64,000 bases of DNA, from assembly GCA_008632985.1 (NCBI GenBank), contig QPGO01000305.1:1-64000 (forward strand), written 5' to 3'. Below the pieces are notes generated by a model. The model did no database searches. It saw only the letters and a list, made by a program, of their open reading frames with translations, and had not been told where the DNA came from. The translations under genes and the position numbers were made by a program. Origin of the DNA: Psammoneis japonica (lineage: Eukaryota). Shown here piece by piece: positions 1-12,047 of this stretch (position 1 is its first letter; the number at the start of each line of letters is the position of its first letter).

Positions 1-804
1 GGAATTAGACGACGGACGAGTTGGGACCCGATTTGGTGGACAGGTGTTTGCAGTTGATTGGCATTTGTCGTTGGGCGATCGAGTTGGGCCGTGTCGACAT
101 CTTGCATGAAGTTTCCATTCTCTCTCAGTGTCAAGCCAACCCAAGGAAAGGGCACCTCGAAGCGTTGCACCATGTGTTCGCGCATGAAGAAGCATTTGAA
201 TGTCGGTCGCATTGGTTTTGACCCGAAGATGCCTGTGATTGACGAATCTGTTTTCAATTCCACTGCGGACTGGACGGAGTTTTACGGGGACGTTGAGGAG
301 GAGTTGCCGCCACGGATGCCCAAGCCCCGTGGCAACCCGGCAAACACATCTGCATTTGTTGACGCCAACCATGCGGGAAACGTTGTTGCTCGCAGATCAC
401 ACAGCGGGATTTTGACATTCGTGAACAATGCTCCGATCATTTGGTTTAGCAAGCGGCAGAACACAGTGGAGTCGGCGACGTTTGGCAGCGAATTGGTTGC
501 GATGCGCATTTGCAAGGAGTTGATTGTTGCTTTGCGTTACAAACTTCGCATGTTTGGAGCACCGATTGAAGGCCCTGCCAATGCATTTTGCGACAACCGC
601 GGCGTGGTGAAGAACGTCAGTGTTCCGGAATCTGTGTTGCACAAGAAGCATGATGCTGTCAACTGTCATTTGGTTCGTGAAGCAGTTGCGGCTGGGGTCA
701 TTCGCGTCAGGAAGGAGGACACGGACATGAATTTGGCAGATTTGTTTGCGAAGGTGACGACGGGAGAGCGGCATTGGAAACTTTGCTCTTGCATCTTTTG
801 GCAG
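1..804 (+). pseudogene. Ty1/Copia (CoDi-like, family A) pol 3' end: RT C-terminus plus RNase H, frameshifted and TpA-mutated
   Basis: Translation shows LQLIGICRWAIELGRVDI, FVDANHAGNVVARRSHSG, WFSKRQNTVESATFGSE, LRYKLRMFG, FCDNRGVV and NLADLFAK. Frameshift near 185. The probable original stop reads CAG at 802-804. Confidence 0.95.
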
Positions 805-910
805 AGCCCCGACACCAAGGCCAGACACCTGCAGCTTGCGCCCACGTGTTTCGGCCTCCCAAGCCAGCATTGCTGGTGGTCTGAATTTGGGTTTTGTGTT
901 TGCCTCTCTA

Positions 911-1125
911 TGAGAGGATGTTCTGGTTTGACGAATCGGCGTTGCACTTGCCGTTTCGCGGGGACCAAGTAAATCTGGGTGGAGCGGTCAGTCCCTGGTC
1001 CGGGGCTGATGCGCACGATCTGGTGGTTTGTTCTTTCCCACAATCTCACACGATCTAATCGACACAGGGTTCTCTTTGGTTTGTCACTGCTGCTCTTGGG
1101 CTCAAGGTGCTGTCATTGCCCCATG
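911..1125 (+). mobile_element. Polypurine tract plus start of Copia 3' LTR (truncated)
   Basis: TGAGAGGA (911-918) is followed by TG at 919. The same arrangement occurs at 12260-12251 (-). Shared motifs GACGAATCGG, ATCTAATC and CTCAAGGTG with the LTRs of the 12-19 kb element. Right end approximate. Confidence 0.7.
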
Positions 1126-1146
1126 CGGCTGCATCGGCATTCATTC

Positions 1147-1990
1147 GGCAATCGCTTGATCCGTTTGTTCAGCTCTCTGAAATCATCAACAAAGCGTGCC
1201 GTTAATCTTTCTTCGGCATGACAAATGATGGAGCTGCCCATTGGGATCGGTTGACGCATTTGAGAACACCGACACGTGCCAGGCGTTCTACTTCTTTACG
1301 CAGCGCAGCTTTGCACGCACGAGGCACTTCACACGGACGAGCGTGGCATGGTTCCACACCCTCCTTGAGTTGGACATGGCAGGGTTCTCCCTTCCATTCT
1401 CCTGATGTCCCATCAAACAAGGACTCATGGCGTTTCAACAGTGCCAAAAGGTCGTTTTGTTGAACTGCAGAAAGTCCCATTGCCCCTCGCGTCATGTCCT
1501 CGAGGCAGGCCGGCGCGTGCTCAGCGTCCAAAATGCGCGAAATCCGGTCGGTTTCCGAAGACAAGGCTTCTGGATCTTGAAGATAGAAGGAGGTTTCCAC
1601 CGCAGCATCTGCGTGCCTCATTGGCACTTCTCCATTGACNATGGCCACTCTGTCATCTGTTTGGAGAAGACAATGTCAATGCCTTGTGTCTCCAGAATGT
1701 CACGTCCAACAATCACATCGCACTTGCCCTGCTTTCTGTTGTGTGCGTGGACGGCATGCTCAAGTTCTGCAGCTTCGGACAACTCTGGCAACCGAAATTA
1801 ACGGTGCAGTCGTCAGACGTGCCAGACGAGCCTGCCACCGTAGCCCAGTTTGTCTCAGCCGTTGAATGGCTTCGCAGACGTTTGCAGTGTCGACTGTCGA
1901 GTGGAGCACTGCTGGCGCCACTGTCTGGCAGTGTCTTGATGGTTTGAGTCTTGCCCTTGCCATGTTCAGCATTCACAGCTGCAAACAGAT
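1147..1990 (-). pseudogene. Ty3/Gypsy pol fragment: aspartic protease plus RT N-terminus
   Basis: TLPDSGASS (L-DSGA protease motif), then LKEGVEPCHARPCEVP..LRKEVERL..GVL..SQWAAPSFVMPKKD, then after a frameshift ARFVDDFRELNKRIKR. Truncated near 1147. Confidence 0.9.
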
Positions 1991-2119
1991 TGGAGCAAGA
2001 TGAGTCTTTTTAACTCGTTTGCGGGATTGGCCTGCAACACGTGTACGATGGCAATTCAGTTGTTCATTCACACATTCATCCAATGCATTGAAACTGCCTG
2101 CATCGTGTCGGCCCCCTTC

Positions 2120-3194
2120 TCAGGCATCCGAGTCTTCGGAACCACTTAAGTTGAGGTCGCGGAAGTGATCAAGCTCCTCCTCGCGGGCCTTGCGCTTTTT
2201 CTGAGCGTTGGCAAAGTGCTCCTCGACCTTCGATCCGATGAGAGCATTAACATCTTCCTCATTCCGAGGTTTTGTGTTGGGCTTGCCGCCTCCGTTGTTG
2301 GAATGTCCAGTCTTGACACGTTTCACGTGGTGCTTGAGCTGACGGCAATCTTCCGCATCATGTCCACAGTAGTCCCGTGTGGCATGCACGACTTCTGGGT
2401 GTTCCGCTGGGTGTGATCAACGACTCAGGATTGTCCATTCTACGTCCCCGCTTGCGTGGAACCTCAGTGTGTTGGTCCTGGTTACCTTCGGTGAGCTCGA
2501 CCTGCTCGATGCGCTCGCAGAACTGTGCAAATTCGGCGACAGCATGCGCCAACGGGTCAAAATTCTGTAGCGTCATGAACTTCTGCCATGCGTTCGGCAC
2601 ACCGCACTCGAACATGTCGCACAGTTCGTCATTGGGTGATGGTGCCGGTGTTTCTCCATCCTCCGTCACGGGTGGAAACTGAGAGATGTGGCCGTTAATT
2701 TCAACAGCCCTCGCGACGCAGTCACGAGTGGAAACCTCTGCGGGCTTGCGCATGAAGCGCCGCAGACAACGCTTCTGCAATGGCACCGCCCCATGTGGGA
2801 AGATGCTTTCCTTTAGCTTCGCGACGCATGCTGTGCACGCAGCGTTGGTTTGGGATGCCTGCTTGTCAGCGGCATTGTCAAATGACATCAGAGCATCGCC
2901 CTGCAGTGGGTCACGCATGAGGGCAAATTTCACTGGCCCGGTCGTGATGTTTTGTCCTTCGTGCACGCGATCCACGTTGCACAGAAAGATTGGGAGTGTC
3001 TCGCATGTAGCCGTAGAAAGGTGCGGGATGCCCATCTCATGCGTTGGACTGTCCGGATCAGCAGGGTTGTTACGCAGCTTGAACGTCTGGCACTTGCCCT
3101 GCTGCAGCTCTTTCTTCTCCGGCCGTGCGAACGGAATCGGCGGCTCAATCCGCTTCTTCATGGTCGTTTTGAGATTTGTCGGTCCCACCAACAT
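2120..3194 (-). pseudogene. Gypsy gag, frameshifted
   Basis: PPIPF..FKLRNNPADPDSPTHE..LQGDAL..QKRCLRRFMRKP..GVPNAWQ..FCERIE, then a Cys/His knuckle-like CMPHG/CGHDAEDC. Lies upstream of the Gypsy PR-RT on the same strand. Confidence 0.8.
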
Positions 3195-3989
3195 TTCGTA
3201 GTTTCGTTTCTGTAGATTTCGTCACCTCGCACAACATGCGGGAGCAATGTTGCTGTGCCCTGTGCGTGCACAAGGCGCTGAAAAAGAAGATGTGTTGCGA
3301 CTTTGTCGTTGTGAAAATTGTGAGCTAGTTTAGAGCAGAGAAAATGGGATCGTGCGAATGGGGAATCTTGCCAAATCCCTGTTCGTTCGCATTTGGATCA
3401 CATCAAATCGATCGTGCGTTCGCATTGTGGATCGTGCGAATCACGCCATGCACAAGTGATGTCATCGTGTGGAATCACGCTGCCATCGTGGGCCAGACGA
3501 CGGGCCAGTGTGCTTCATGTGCGGATGCTCTCTTAGCATCCTTCTGGAATTGCCTGAGATCTAGAGCCACGCCCTCCTGTGGTCGTGCTTCCCAGGTGCG
3601 TGTCAACAACACTGCGTTGCCACGTGCAAGAGGCTTGTGCACGGTCTCGCCGTGTTGTCCAGTGGCGAGGCATGCTGCACTCGCCCTCACCATGAAGACC
3701 TTGGCATTGAAGTCTTCTCTGCAGACAGGCCCAAGTCCCGCTCTGGGCACTCAACTGTCAGCTTGTGCTCTGCACAAAACCCTTGGACACTGCTTGGCTC
3801 CAATTGGTGCCCAGAGGACTCAGCTGAAGAAAATCTTGCACAAGATGGCACAATGCACTGAATTCTGTTGAGAGCATCCAGGTTCCGACCTCAGAGACAA
3901 CCGCATTTTTCAACTTGGCAAAACGCCGTTGTCCGCGCCATTTTCATCGGGCAGGTTCTTGTTGTTCTGCAGCTCTGTCGTGACCAGCA

Positions 3990-4820
3990 AAATGGCCAAG
4001 GGCACAAAATCAAAAAGGACAAAAAATGTCTGTTGAGGGCGCCAAATCACAAAGGGCACAAACCAGGCAGGGGCACAAAATTGCTGAAGTCACAAAATGA
4101 CTGAGGGCGCAAAATGGCGGCTGAGGGCACAAAGCTGCCAAGGGCAAAAAATCAGAAAGGGTCCAAAATGGCAAAGGGCACAAAACCACAATGGCCAAAA
4201 ATTGCTGAAGGCGCAAAATCATGAGGGGCGCCAAATGCGGCTGAGGGCCCAAAACCAAAAAAGGCACAAAATGGACAAGGGCACACAGCCACAAAGTGCG
4301 CAAAATGGCAAGGGCACAAAACCACAAAAAGCACAAAATGCTCAAGGGCACAAAAAAAGGAAAGGGCGCAAAACAGCCAAGGGCACAAAAAGGTCAAGGG
4401 CACAAAGTCAAGAATTGCGCAACATGGCTGAGGGCCCAAAACCAAAAAAGGCACAAAATGGCCAAGGGCACAAAGTCACAAAGGGTGCAAAATGGCGAGG
4501 GCACAAAACCACAAAAAGCACAAAATGCTCAAGGGCACAAAAAAAGGAAAGGGCACAAAACAGCCGAGGGCACAAAAAGGTCAAGGGCACAAAGTCAAGA
4601 ATTGCGCAACATGGCTGAGGGCCCAAAACCAAAAAAGGCACAAAATGGCCAAGGGCACAAAGTCACAAAGGGCACAAAATGGCCAAGGGCACAAAGCCAC
4701 GAGATGGGGCAAAGTGCTCGAGGGCACAAAAAAAGGAAGGGCTCAAAACAGCCAAGGGCACAAAAAGGTCAAGGGTGCAAAGTCAAGAATTGCGCGACAT
4801 GACTGGGGGCACAAAGCCTC
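3990..4820 (+). repeat. Degenerate AGGGCACAAA(A) minisatellite with ~187-bp higher-order period
   Basis: Dozens of GGGCACAAA/GGGCGCAAA/GGGTGCAAA cores. The block AATTGCGCAACATGGCTGAGGGCCCAAAACC recurs at ~4413 and ~4600. Also present at 25540-26050 and 26665-27510. Confidence 0.9.
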
Positions 4821-4947
4821 AAAGGTGCCCCCAGCGCCAAACACTTGTGCCACAAATCTTGTTTGATCAGTGCCCTGCCAGTGGGCTGTGTCTCTTCAGT
4901 GCCCCCCTGCAACATGTGGCGAGATTGTTCTCGATTTAAAGACCACC

Positions 4948-5026
4948 GAAAATGCGAAAATGCGAAAATGCGAAAATGCGAAAATGCGAAAATGCGAAAA
5001 TGCGAAAATGCGAAAATGTGAAAATG
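4948..5026 (+). repeat. (GAAAATGC)n octamer microsatellite
   Basis: About 10 tandem units. A diverged copy (GAAAATGC/GAAAATGG) lies at 27638-27749. Confidence 0.95.
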
Positions 5027-7729
5027 ATGTGACGCACCAAACTCCATTGAGAGTGTCCAGATTCCGACCTCAGAGACAATCGCATTTTTCCATTTGGCGA
5101 AACGCCATTGTCCGTGCTGTCTTGCGTGTTGCTTTGAGCCACAGAGCCAGAAAACACTCCCAAAAAATTGCCCTGCAGGGCAAACAAAAGAGCGGCGTAG
5201 AAAGAGAAACTGCACGCAAATTGAACGGCTGCAAACATGTGAAGCCTCGGCAAAACACACAGCACAAATGGCAGTGCATGAGGTCGGTTGCGATGCAACA
5301 GAAGCGACATTGTCAATGCGAACCTTCAGCAAGAATTTTTGCCATGATCTGCCCATGCGGGCCTTGACGTTCTTGAGCTTGTCTCGCAGAAGATGATGTG
5401 ACAGCGCCGAGCTCCATTGAGAGCATCCAGGTTCCGACCTCAGAGATGACCGCATTTTTCAGTTTGGCAAAATGCCGTTGTCCGCGCCACTTTGCGCGCC
5501 ACTTTGAGTGGCGAGCCAGAGAACACTCCAAAAAACTGCTCTGCAGGGCAAAGCACACTGAGTCTGCATGGATTTGGGTTGTTCCAGGCCACGTGGAAAG
5601 CCCAGTTTGGTTTCACCGTGCAGCTTCTCAAAGTTCCCCGGCATCACCACCTTTTGCCCTGTTTTTCCGCGGGAAGGGTGAGCTCCCGGGGAGCCGCCAC
5701 GAATTTCCGTTCGTCGCGTGTGTGCTTGACACGCGAACAAAAAACAACACATTGGCAATTCCCCGTGCTTCCCTTCTCGCACATTTCCGCGCATTCAGTG
5801 CACCGGCATGTGCGGAGCCACACACCAGACGCGCAACAATCAACCGTCGACCAACGGCTGCAGCCAAAAATGGGCAACACGCCATGGAGTGTTCGCGTCC
5901 CATCCACGACGGCTCTTGTCAAACAAAAATGACACCAGCCAATCCAGTGAGTGAGATTGCGATCGACAGTGCAAAACAAAAATGAGCAGAAGTGTGGCAG
6001 ATGATGTTGAGCAGAAAACCAGTGCACTGATCGTTGCACTCATTTTTCTTTCCTGCGGTCACAAATGTGAGCCATGCGGCGTTTGTGGCAAAGTTCAAGG
6101 CAAAAGTGGATCGACAGTGCAAAACAAAAATGAGCAGAAGTGTGGCAGATGATGTTGAGCAGAAAACCAGTGCACTGATCGCTGCACTCATTTTTCTTTC
6201 CTGCGGTCACAAATGTGAGCCATGCAGCGTTTGCGGCAAAGTTCAAGGCAAAAGTGGAGCCACACATGGCTGACAAAAATGTGGCGGATTGAGTGGTCAT
6301 GGTTTTTGTTTCAACTGACACATCTCATGTGCAGAATGAAGCGGGTCATTGGGAATCACTCCGTTGTCGTGCAGCCACAAATGCAAACCATGAGGCGTCT
6401 GGAGCGAAGGCTGAGGCAAAAGCAGAGCCTCACAAGGTCAGTGAAAATGTGGCGGATTGATCGACAATGTTCGTTCTTCCCTTTGACCTGTCTCATGCAC
6501 AGAATGCAGTGCATCATTTTTTCCTTCTTGTGTCGTGTGGCCACAAATGCAAACCACAACGGCTCCAGAGCAAAGGCCAAGGCAAAAACAGAGCCACATG
6601 TGAGCAGTGTCAACATGTGTGATTTGATGGTGAAGCTCATTCTTCCCTTGCTCTGCCACAAGGGGGCGCTTTGTGTCGATTTGTCGATGCACCCGTCATG
6701 GTCGTGCATCGTTTTTTCTGTGCGCCGGTCGCCACGAGGATGAAAGCACATCCGCCTGTCCACAATTGCCACACATCACCGCACTCCATTCGTTTTTTGT
6801 TCCCCTCCCCTGAGCCCTTTTGGTTGTTCCTTCCCGCCAAATTGCCCTCATTTCACGGGAATTCCCCAAAAGGGCAAGGCAGCTCCCCCTTGCCTTTGCC
6901 ATTTTGGGGAATCCCCAAAAGGGCAAAACCAAACCAAGGTGGAAAGTGAACGGGCCAAAAACTCCGGCGGACCCACTCAAACACATTCAACAACTGACTG
7001 ACAACAGATCGGTTGGCTGGTTTCCCAAAGCGCCACTTGTGTTGTGCCCTTCCCCAGCTGCTCTCCAGCTGGCGCCGTGGAATGCAGTCGCTCAATTTAG
7101 ATTGTGTCTGCAACGTCATTTGCAACAAATGTGGCTGCCGCTTTTCACACATTGTCCGCCAAACAGGTTTTGGCCCCAGCTCATGTGTCTCAGCGCAACC
7201 CGCCACGTGGCTTTCCTCATCCCCCAACCCGCTGCCCACCTCCTCCACTTTCCTGCCACGCTCTGCCACAATCTTCTTGCAAAAAGCCTCCCTCTTGCGT
7301 TTCCTGGGTGCACTCCCTCCCGCATCTCCATTCTTGGAGTTCCCTGTCGTGAAGTGCTCCAGGCATCTCATGCACTTTCATGCAAACAAGCCACATGTTC
7401 CCAGGTTGCAAGCTGCCCCACAGCCAAAAGAAGCAATCTTTGCCTTTGGAGTCACCATGATGCGCTGGTCTGCCAAATCAAACTCAGCATCGCCGTGGAC
7501 AGTGGGGGAGAAATGTTGTCAAAACTGCGCGATGATGTGTCCGAGCTCTTGAGAGCTCACCCAGCTCAAGACGTCATGGCTCCAAGTCGCCGTGTTTGTC
7601 TTGAACTCTTCCTGATGCTGTGTCTGTGACTTGGCTTCGTCGCTGAATTGCCGTGGCCACCGCACTTTAGAGATGACATTCTAGACAAGAAAAAGTGTCT
7701 CTGGGGTGCCTCATGACAACAGAGACCCC

Positions 7730-8725
7730 ACAGAACAAAAGAACAGCGCAGAAAGAGAAATTGCACGTAAATTGAACAGCTGCAAACACATGAAGCCTCG
7801 ACAAAACACACAGCACGAGGCTGGTTGTGAAGCAACAGAAGCAACATTGTCAATGCGAACCTTCAGCAAGAATTTTCGCCACAATCTGCCCATGTGAGCC
7901 TGGGCGCTCTTGAGCTCATCTTGCACAAGATGGCACAACGAACCGAACTCTGTTGAGAGCATCCAGGTTCCGACCTCAGAGACAATCGCATTTTTCAACT
8001 TGGCAAAACGCCATTGTCCATGCCGTTTTGTGTGCCATTTTGAGCCGCGAGCCAGAGAACACTCCCAAAAACTGTTCTGCAGGGCAAAGCGTGCTGAGCC
8101 CACACAGATTTGGGTTGCACCAGGCCACGTAGAAAGCGAGCGGGCCAAAAACTCCAGCGCGCCCACTCAAACACATTCGACAACTGACTGACAACAGATC
8201 GGTTGTCTGGCTTCCCAAAGCGCCACTTGTGTTGTGCCCTTCCCCGGTTGCTCTCCAGCTGGCACCGTGGAGCGCAGTCGCTCAATTTGGATTGTGCCTG
8301 CAACATCATTTGCAACAAATGTGACTGCCACTTTTCACACATTCTCTGCCAAACAGGTGTTGGCTCCAGCTCATGTGTCTGGGTCCAACCCCCCATGTGG
8401 CATTCCTCATCCCCCAACCCACTGCCCCCCTCCCCCGCTTTCCTGTCACGCTCTGCCACAGTCTTCCTGCAAAAATCCACCCTCTTGCATTTCCTGGGTG
8501 CACTCCCTTCCGCATCTCCATTCTTGGAGTTCCCTGCCATGAAGTGCTTCAGGCATCTCGCGCACTTTCTCTCCTTTGCCCCACGTTCTTCATCGGGCAG
8601 GTTCTTGTTGTTCTGCAGCTCTGTCGTGACCAGCAAAATGGCCAAGGGCACAAAATCAAAAAGGACAAAAAATGTCTGTTGAGGGCGCCAAATCACAAAG
8701 AGCACAAACCAGGCAGGGGCACAAA
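7730..8725 (+). repeat. Rearranged partial re-copy of pieces of the 3.7-7.5 kb unit
   Basis: Segments match ~5180-5600, ~6945-7370 and ~3943-4080. Confidence 0.8.
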
Positions 8726-9159
8726 CAACGCACGTCATCTCTCCTCAATGACCTGTGCTCTCCCTGACAAGAACTTTCTCCCCAAGCATTTGCTTGCCGC
8801 TCGACAGAAAGCAGTGCGGCTCACATTGTCAAATGTGGGTGCAGCTGAAACACAAAACAACTCATCTTGTGTGGCCCACAAGCTCTTGGCAGTGGAGGAT
8901 TTTGACTGCCAGACATCAAACAAGGAGTTGCTCAGTTGCGGGTGCTGTCCAAGCATTCCAGAGGTGTCGCACATCTTCATCTGGGAGAGGATCAACCCAA
9001 CAAATTGCTGCACATTGCAGTCTCATGAATCCAACTGAACTTGGGGACAGGCGTGAGCTTCTTGTGGGATGCAGATGCTGTCCTCCTGCACATGGAATCG
9101 CGTTGGTTTGCTTCCGTCAGTGCATTCTTGCGCAGAATTCAAGGCAAACTCATGTTGTC

Positions 9160-10897
9160 TCAAGAAAAACAAACGTGTCGTTTCAAAAAAAAAGTCACCC
9201 CAAGGAAAACAAACGTGTCATTTCGAGGAAAGCCAACGTGCTGTTTCAAGGAAAACAAACATGTCGTTAAAAAAAAAAAAAACATGTCGTTTCAAAGAAA
9301 AAAACATGTCTTTTCAAGGAAAACAAACATGTCATTTCAAGGAAAACAAACGTGTCTTTTCAAGGAAAACAAACATGTCTTTTCAAGGAAAGCAAACACG
9401 TCGTTTCAAGGAAACAAACATTCCACCTCTTGGAGAGCATCTCGGGTGTGACAGTTGATGCACGACTCAAGGTCGACAGTGCATGCACCCGTCTTCACTC
9501 AGCACAATCCTGGTGGACATCCAGAGTGTGCGCTGTTGGGGTCAAACTTGCAAGGGGTGTCGTGGACAGTCGGCTCACTTGCTCGCAGTTGGTTGGGGCA
9601 CAGCAGGGTGTCAGTCATTGTGTCTCTGAAAAAAAAAGCCTGGTGGACTGGCAGCAGGTGTGGCTGTCCACTGGTTTGATTGACCCACATGGCAGCAGCC
9701 ACGCAAATGGGGACATTCCTCATTGGTGCACACTCTTCAGAGCAAGGATGCACTGCAACAGCGAGGCCAACATCAGAGGACAAAATTGGACCCAGCAGCA
9801 CATGCATCAGTGTGTGAGTCCAAGTCATTGGTTGCCTCACCATGTGGTTGTCCAGCAAATGACAAAGAGACGTGTGTGTTCTTTGGGAGTCACCTGGATG
9901 AATGCACAGTGCCAGCAGGTGCAGCAACAGTCGGCTCCATGTCTTTTCATGGAAAACAAACGTGTCGTTTCAAGGAAAACAAACGTGTCGTTTCAAGGAA
10001 AACAAACATGTGAAACAAACGTGTTGTTTCAAGGAAAACAAACATGTCTTTTCAAGGAAAACAAACATGTTGTTTCAAGGAAAACAAACATGTCTTTTTA
10101 ACACCGCAAAACAAACATGTTGTTTCAACAAAAACAAACATGTTTTTTCAAGAAAAACAAACATGTTTTTTCAAGAAAAACAAACATGTGTTTTTTAAGA
10201 AAAACAAACAAGTTTTTTTAAGAAAAACAAACTTGTCTTTACAAGGAAAACCAACATGTCGTTTCAAGGAAAACAAACGTGTTGTTTCAACAAAAACAAA
10301 CATGTTGTTTCAAGGAAAACAAACATGTCTTTTCAAGGAAAACATGTCATTTCAAGGAAAACCAACATGTTGTTTCAAGGAAAACAAATGTGTTGTTTTA
10401 AGGAAAACAAGCATGTTGTTTCAAAGAAAACAAACTTGTCGTTTCAAGGAAAACAAACACGTCATTTCAAGAAAACAAACATGTCGTTTCAACGAAAACA
10501 AACATGTTTTTTCAAGAAAAACAAACATGTGTTTTTTAAGAAAAACAAACAAGTTTTTTTAAGAAAAACAAACATGTCTTCACAAGGAAAACAAACATGT
10601 CGTTTCAAGGAAAACAAATGTGTTGTTTCAACAAAAACAAACATGTTGTTTCAAGGAAAACAAACATGTCTTTTCAAGGAAAACAAACATGTCCTTTCAA
10701 GGAAAACAAACATGTCGTTTCAAAAAAAAACAAACATGTCTTTTCAAGGAAAACAAACATGTCATTTCAAGGAAAACAAACATGTCGTTTCAACCAAAAC
10801 AAACATGTGAAACAAACATGTGGTTTCAAGGAAAACAAGCATGTCTTTTCAAGGAAAACAAACATGTTGTTTCAAGGAAAACAAACATGTCTTTTTA
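9160..10897 (+). repeat. 23-bp satellite arrays (9160-9420 and 9940-10897) flanking a Copia fragment
   Basis: Tandem TTTCAAGGAAAACAAACATGTCN. Three monomers translate as the 23-aa pseudo-repeat FQGKQTCLFKENKHVFSRKTNMS. Confidence 0.97.
9421..9940 (-). mobile_element. Copia family B fragments (protease region joined to integrase start)
   Basis: Reverse-complement match to ~48425-48835 and ~49245-49350 of the family B element. Confidence 0.85.
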
Positions 10898-11011
10898 ACA
10901 CCGCATCCACCGATTCACCAGGCAAAATTGGCAAAAGTCGGGTGTGGCAAAAAGGGTGCATTTGGTCAAAATTGATCATTGAGTGCAAATGGTGGTGTCT
11001 TTGGGGTCCCT

Positions 11012-11320
11012 TCAGTGAGCCGAACATGCACATTTCTCATTTGACCATCACAGGTCCATCTTGTGGGGGGTGCCAAAACGTCGTGCTTTGACGCGTCTCG
11101 AGGATCAATCGTCACATGATGTCTGCAGTTGTTGAGGTTGTGTGAAATTGAAAATTCACACATTGAAGCACGACATTTTGACACCCCCCACAAGACGGAC
11201 CTGCAGTTGTTGAGGTTGTGTGAAATTGAAAATTCGCACATTGAAGCACGACATTTTGACACCCCCCACAAGATGGACCTGTGATGGTCAAATGAGAAAT
11301 GTGCATGTTCGGCTCACTGA
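11012..11320. mobile_element. ~310-bp fold-back/MITE-like element with ~77-bp inverted termini
   Basis: TCAGTGAGCCGAACATGCACATTTCTCATTTGACCATCACAGGTCCATCTTGTGGGGG.. at 11012 is mirrored and ends at 11320. Internal ~79-bp tandem duplication. No clear TSD. Confidence 0.7.
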
Positions 11321-11655
11321 GCCACGCAAGCATCAGCATTGTGGCTCTTGGCATTCTCCACCAGAATCTTTGCACGCTGCTGGCATGCTTTGAAATCTGC
11401 TGGCTTCGTCAGATTTCCATCCACTGCGCTCTCACCAGTCTCCATCCCAGTGTCGAAAACACCCTTGAGAAAGTCAGAAACCTTCTTGGTCTCAGCCACT
11501 GGCTCGCGGAGCTCAGACAAGTCATTGCAAGCCTTCTGATGGCATTGCGTGCACTGGTCAAAAGCAAAATGACCCCATCTGGTGCACTTTGCGGCGGCAA
11601 TCTGTGCACGGGCACGGTTCTTGTGGGTGGTGGCAGCAGCCGATCCTTCCACCTG
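11321..11655 (-). mobile_element. Copia family B gag fragment
   Basis: FAFDQCTQCHQKACNDLSELREPVAETKKVSDFLKG matches ~47930-48125. Confidence 0.85.
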
Positions 11656-11659
11656 CCCA

Positions 11660-12047
11660 CGTGTCTTTTCAAGGAAAACAAACATGTCTTTTCATGGAAA
11701 ACAAACATGTTTTTTCAAAGAAAACAAACATGTCGAACAAACATCTCATTTTTGAGAAAAACAAACATGTCATTTCAAGAAAAACAGACATGTCTTTTCA
11801 AGGAAAACAAACATGTCATTTCAAAGAAAACAAACATGTCTTTTCAAGGAAAACAAACATGTCTTTTCAAGGAAAACAAACATGTCATTTCAAGGAAAAC
11901 AAACATGTTGTCTTGACAAAAACAAACATGTTGTTTCAAGGAAAGAAAACGTGCAAGTTCTTTCAAGGAAAACAAACATGTCGTTTCAAGGAAAACAAAC
12001 ATGTCTTTTCAAGGAAAACAAACATGTCCTTTCAAGGAAAACAAACC
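11660..12047 (+). repeat. 23-bp satellite array
   Basis: Tandem monomers abutting the truncated 3' LTR. Confidence 0.95.

Larger units (their letters stand above)
3676..7497 (+). repeat. ~3.8-kb composite repeat unit, copy 1 (duplicated at 26353-30061)
   Basis: Colinear sequence from TGCACTCGCCCTCACCATGAAGAC to AAACTCAGCATCGCC at both loci. Differences are mostly CA/TG/CG exchanges. Confidence 0.9.

Noticed and set aside
3990..4820. Possible mutated telomeric TTAGGG tract
   Set aside because: TA mutation would give tandem TCAGGG/TTGGGG hexamers. The observed motif and spacing do not fit.
4097..4866. Lys/Gly/Gln-rich ORFs (also 25645-27750)
   Set aside because: They are translations of the GGGCACAAA minisatellite, open in several frames on both strands.
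8735..9170. Protein-like minus-strand frame (QQFVGLILSQMKM..)
   Set aside because: No recognisable motif. Recorded only as a repeated fragment.
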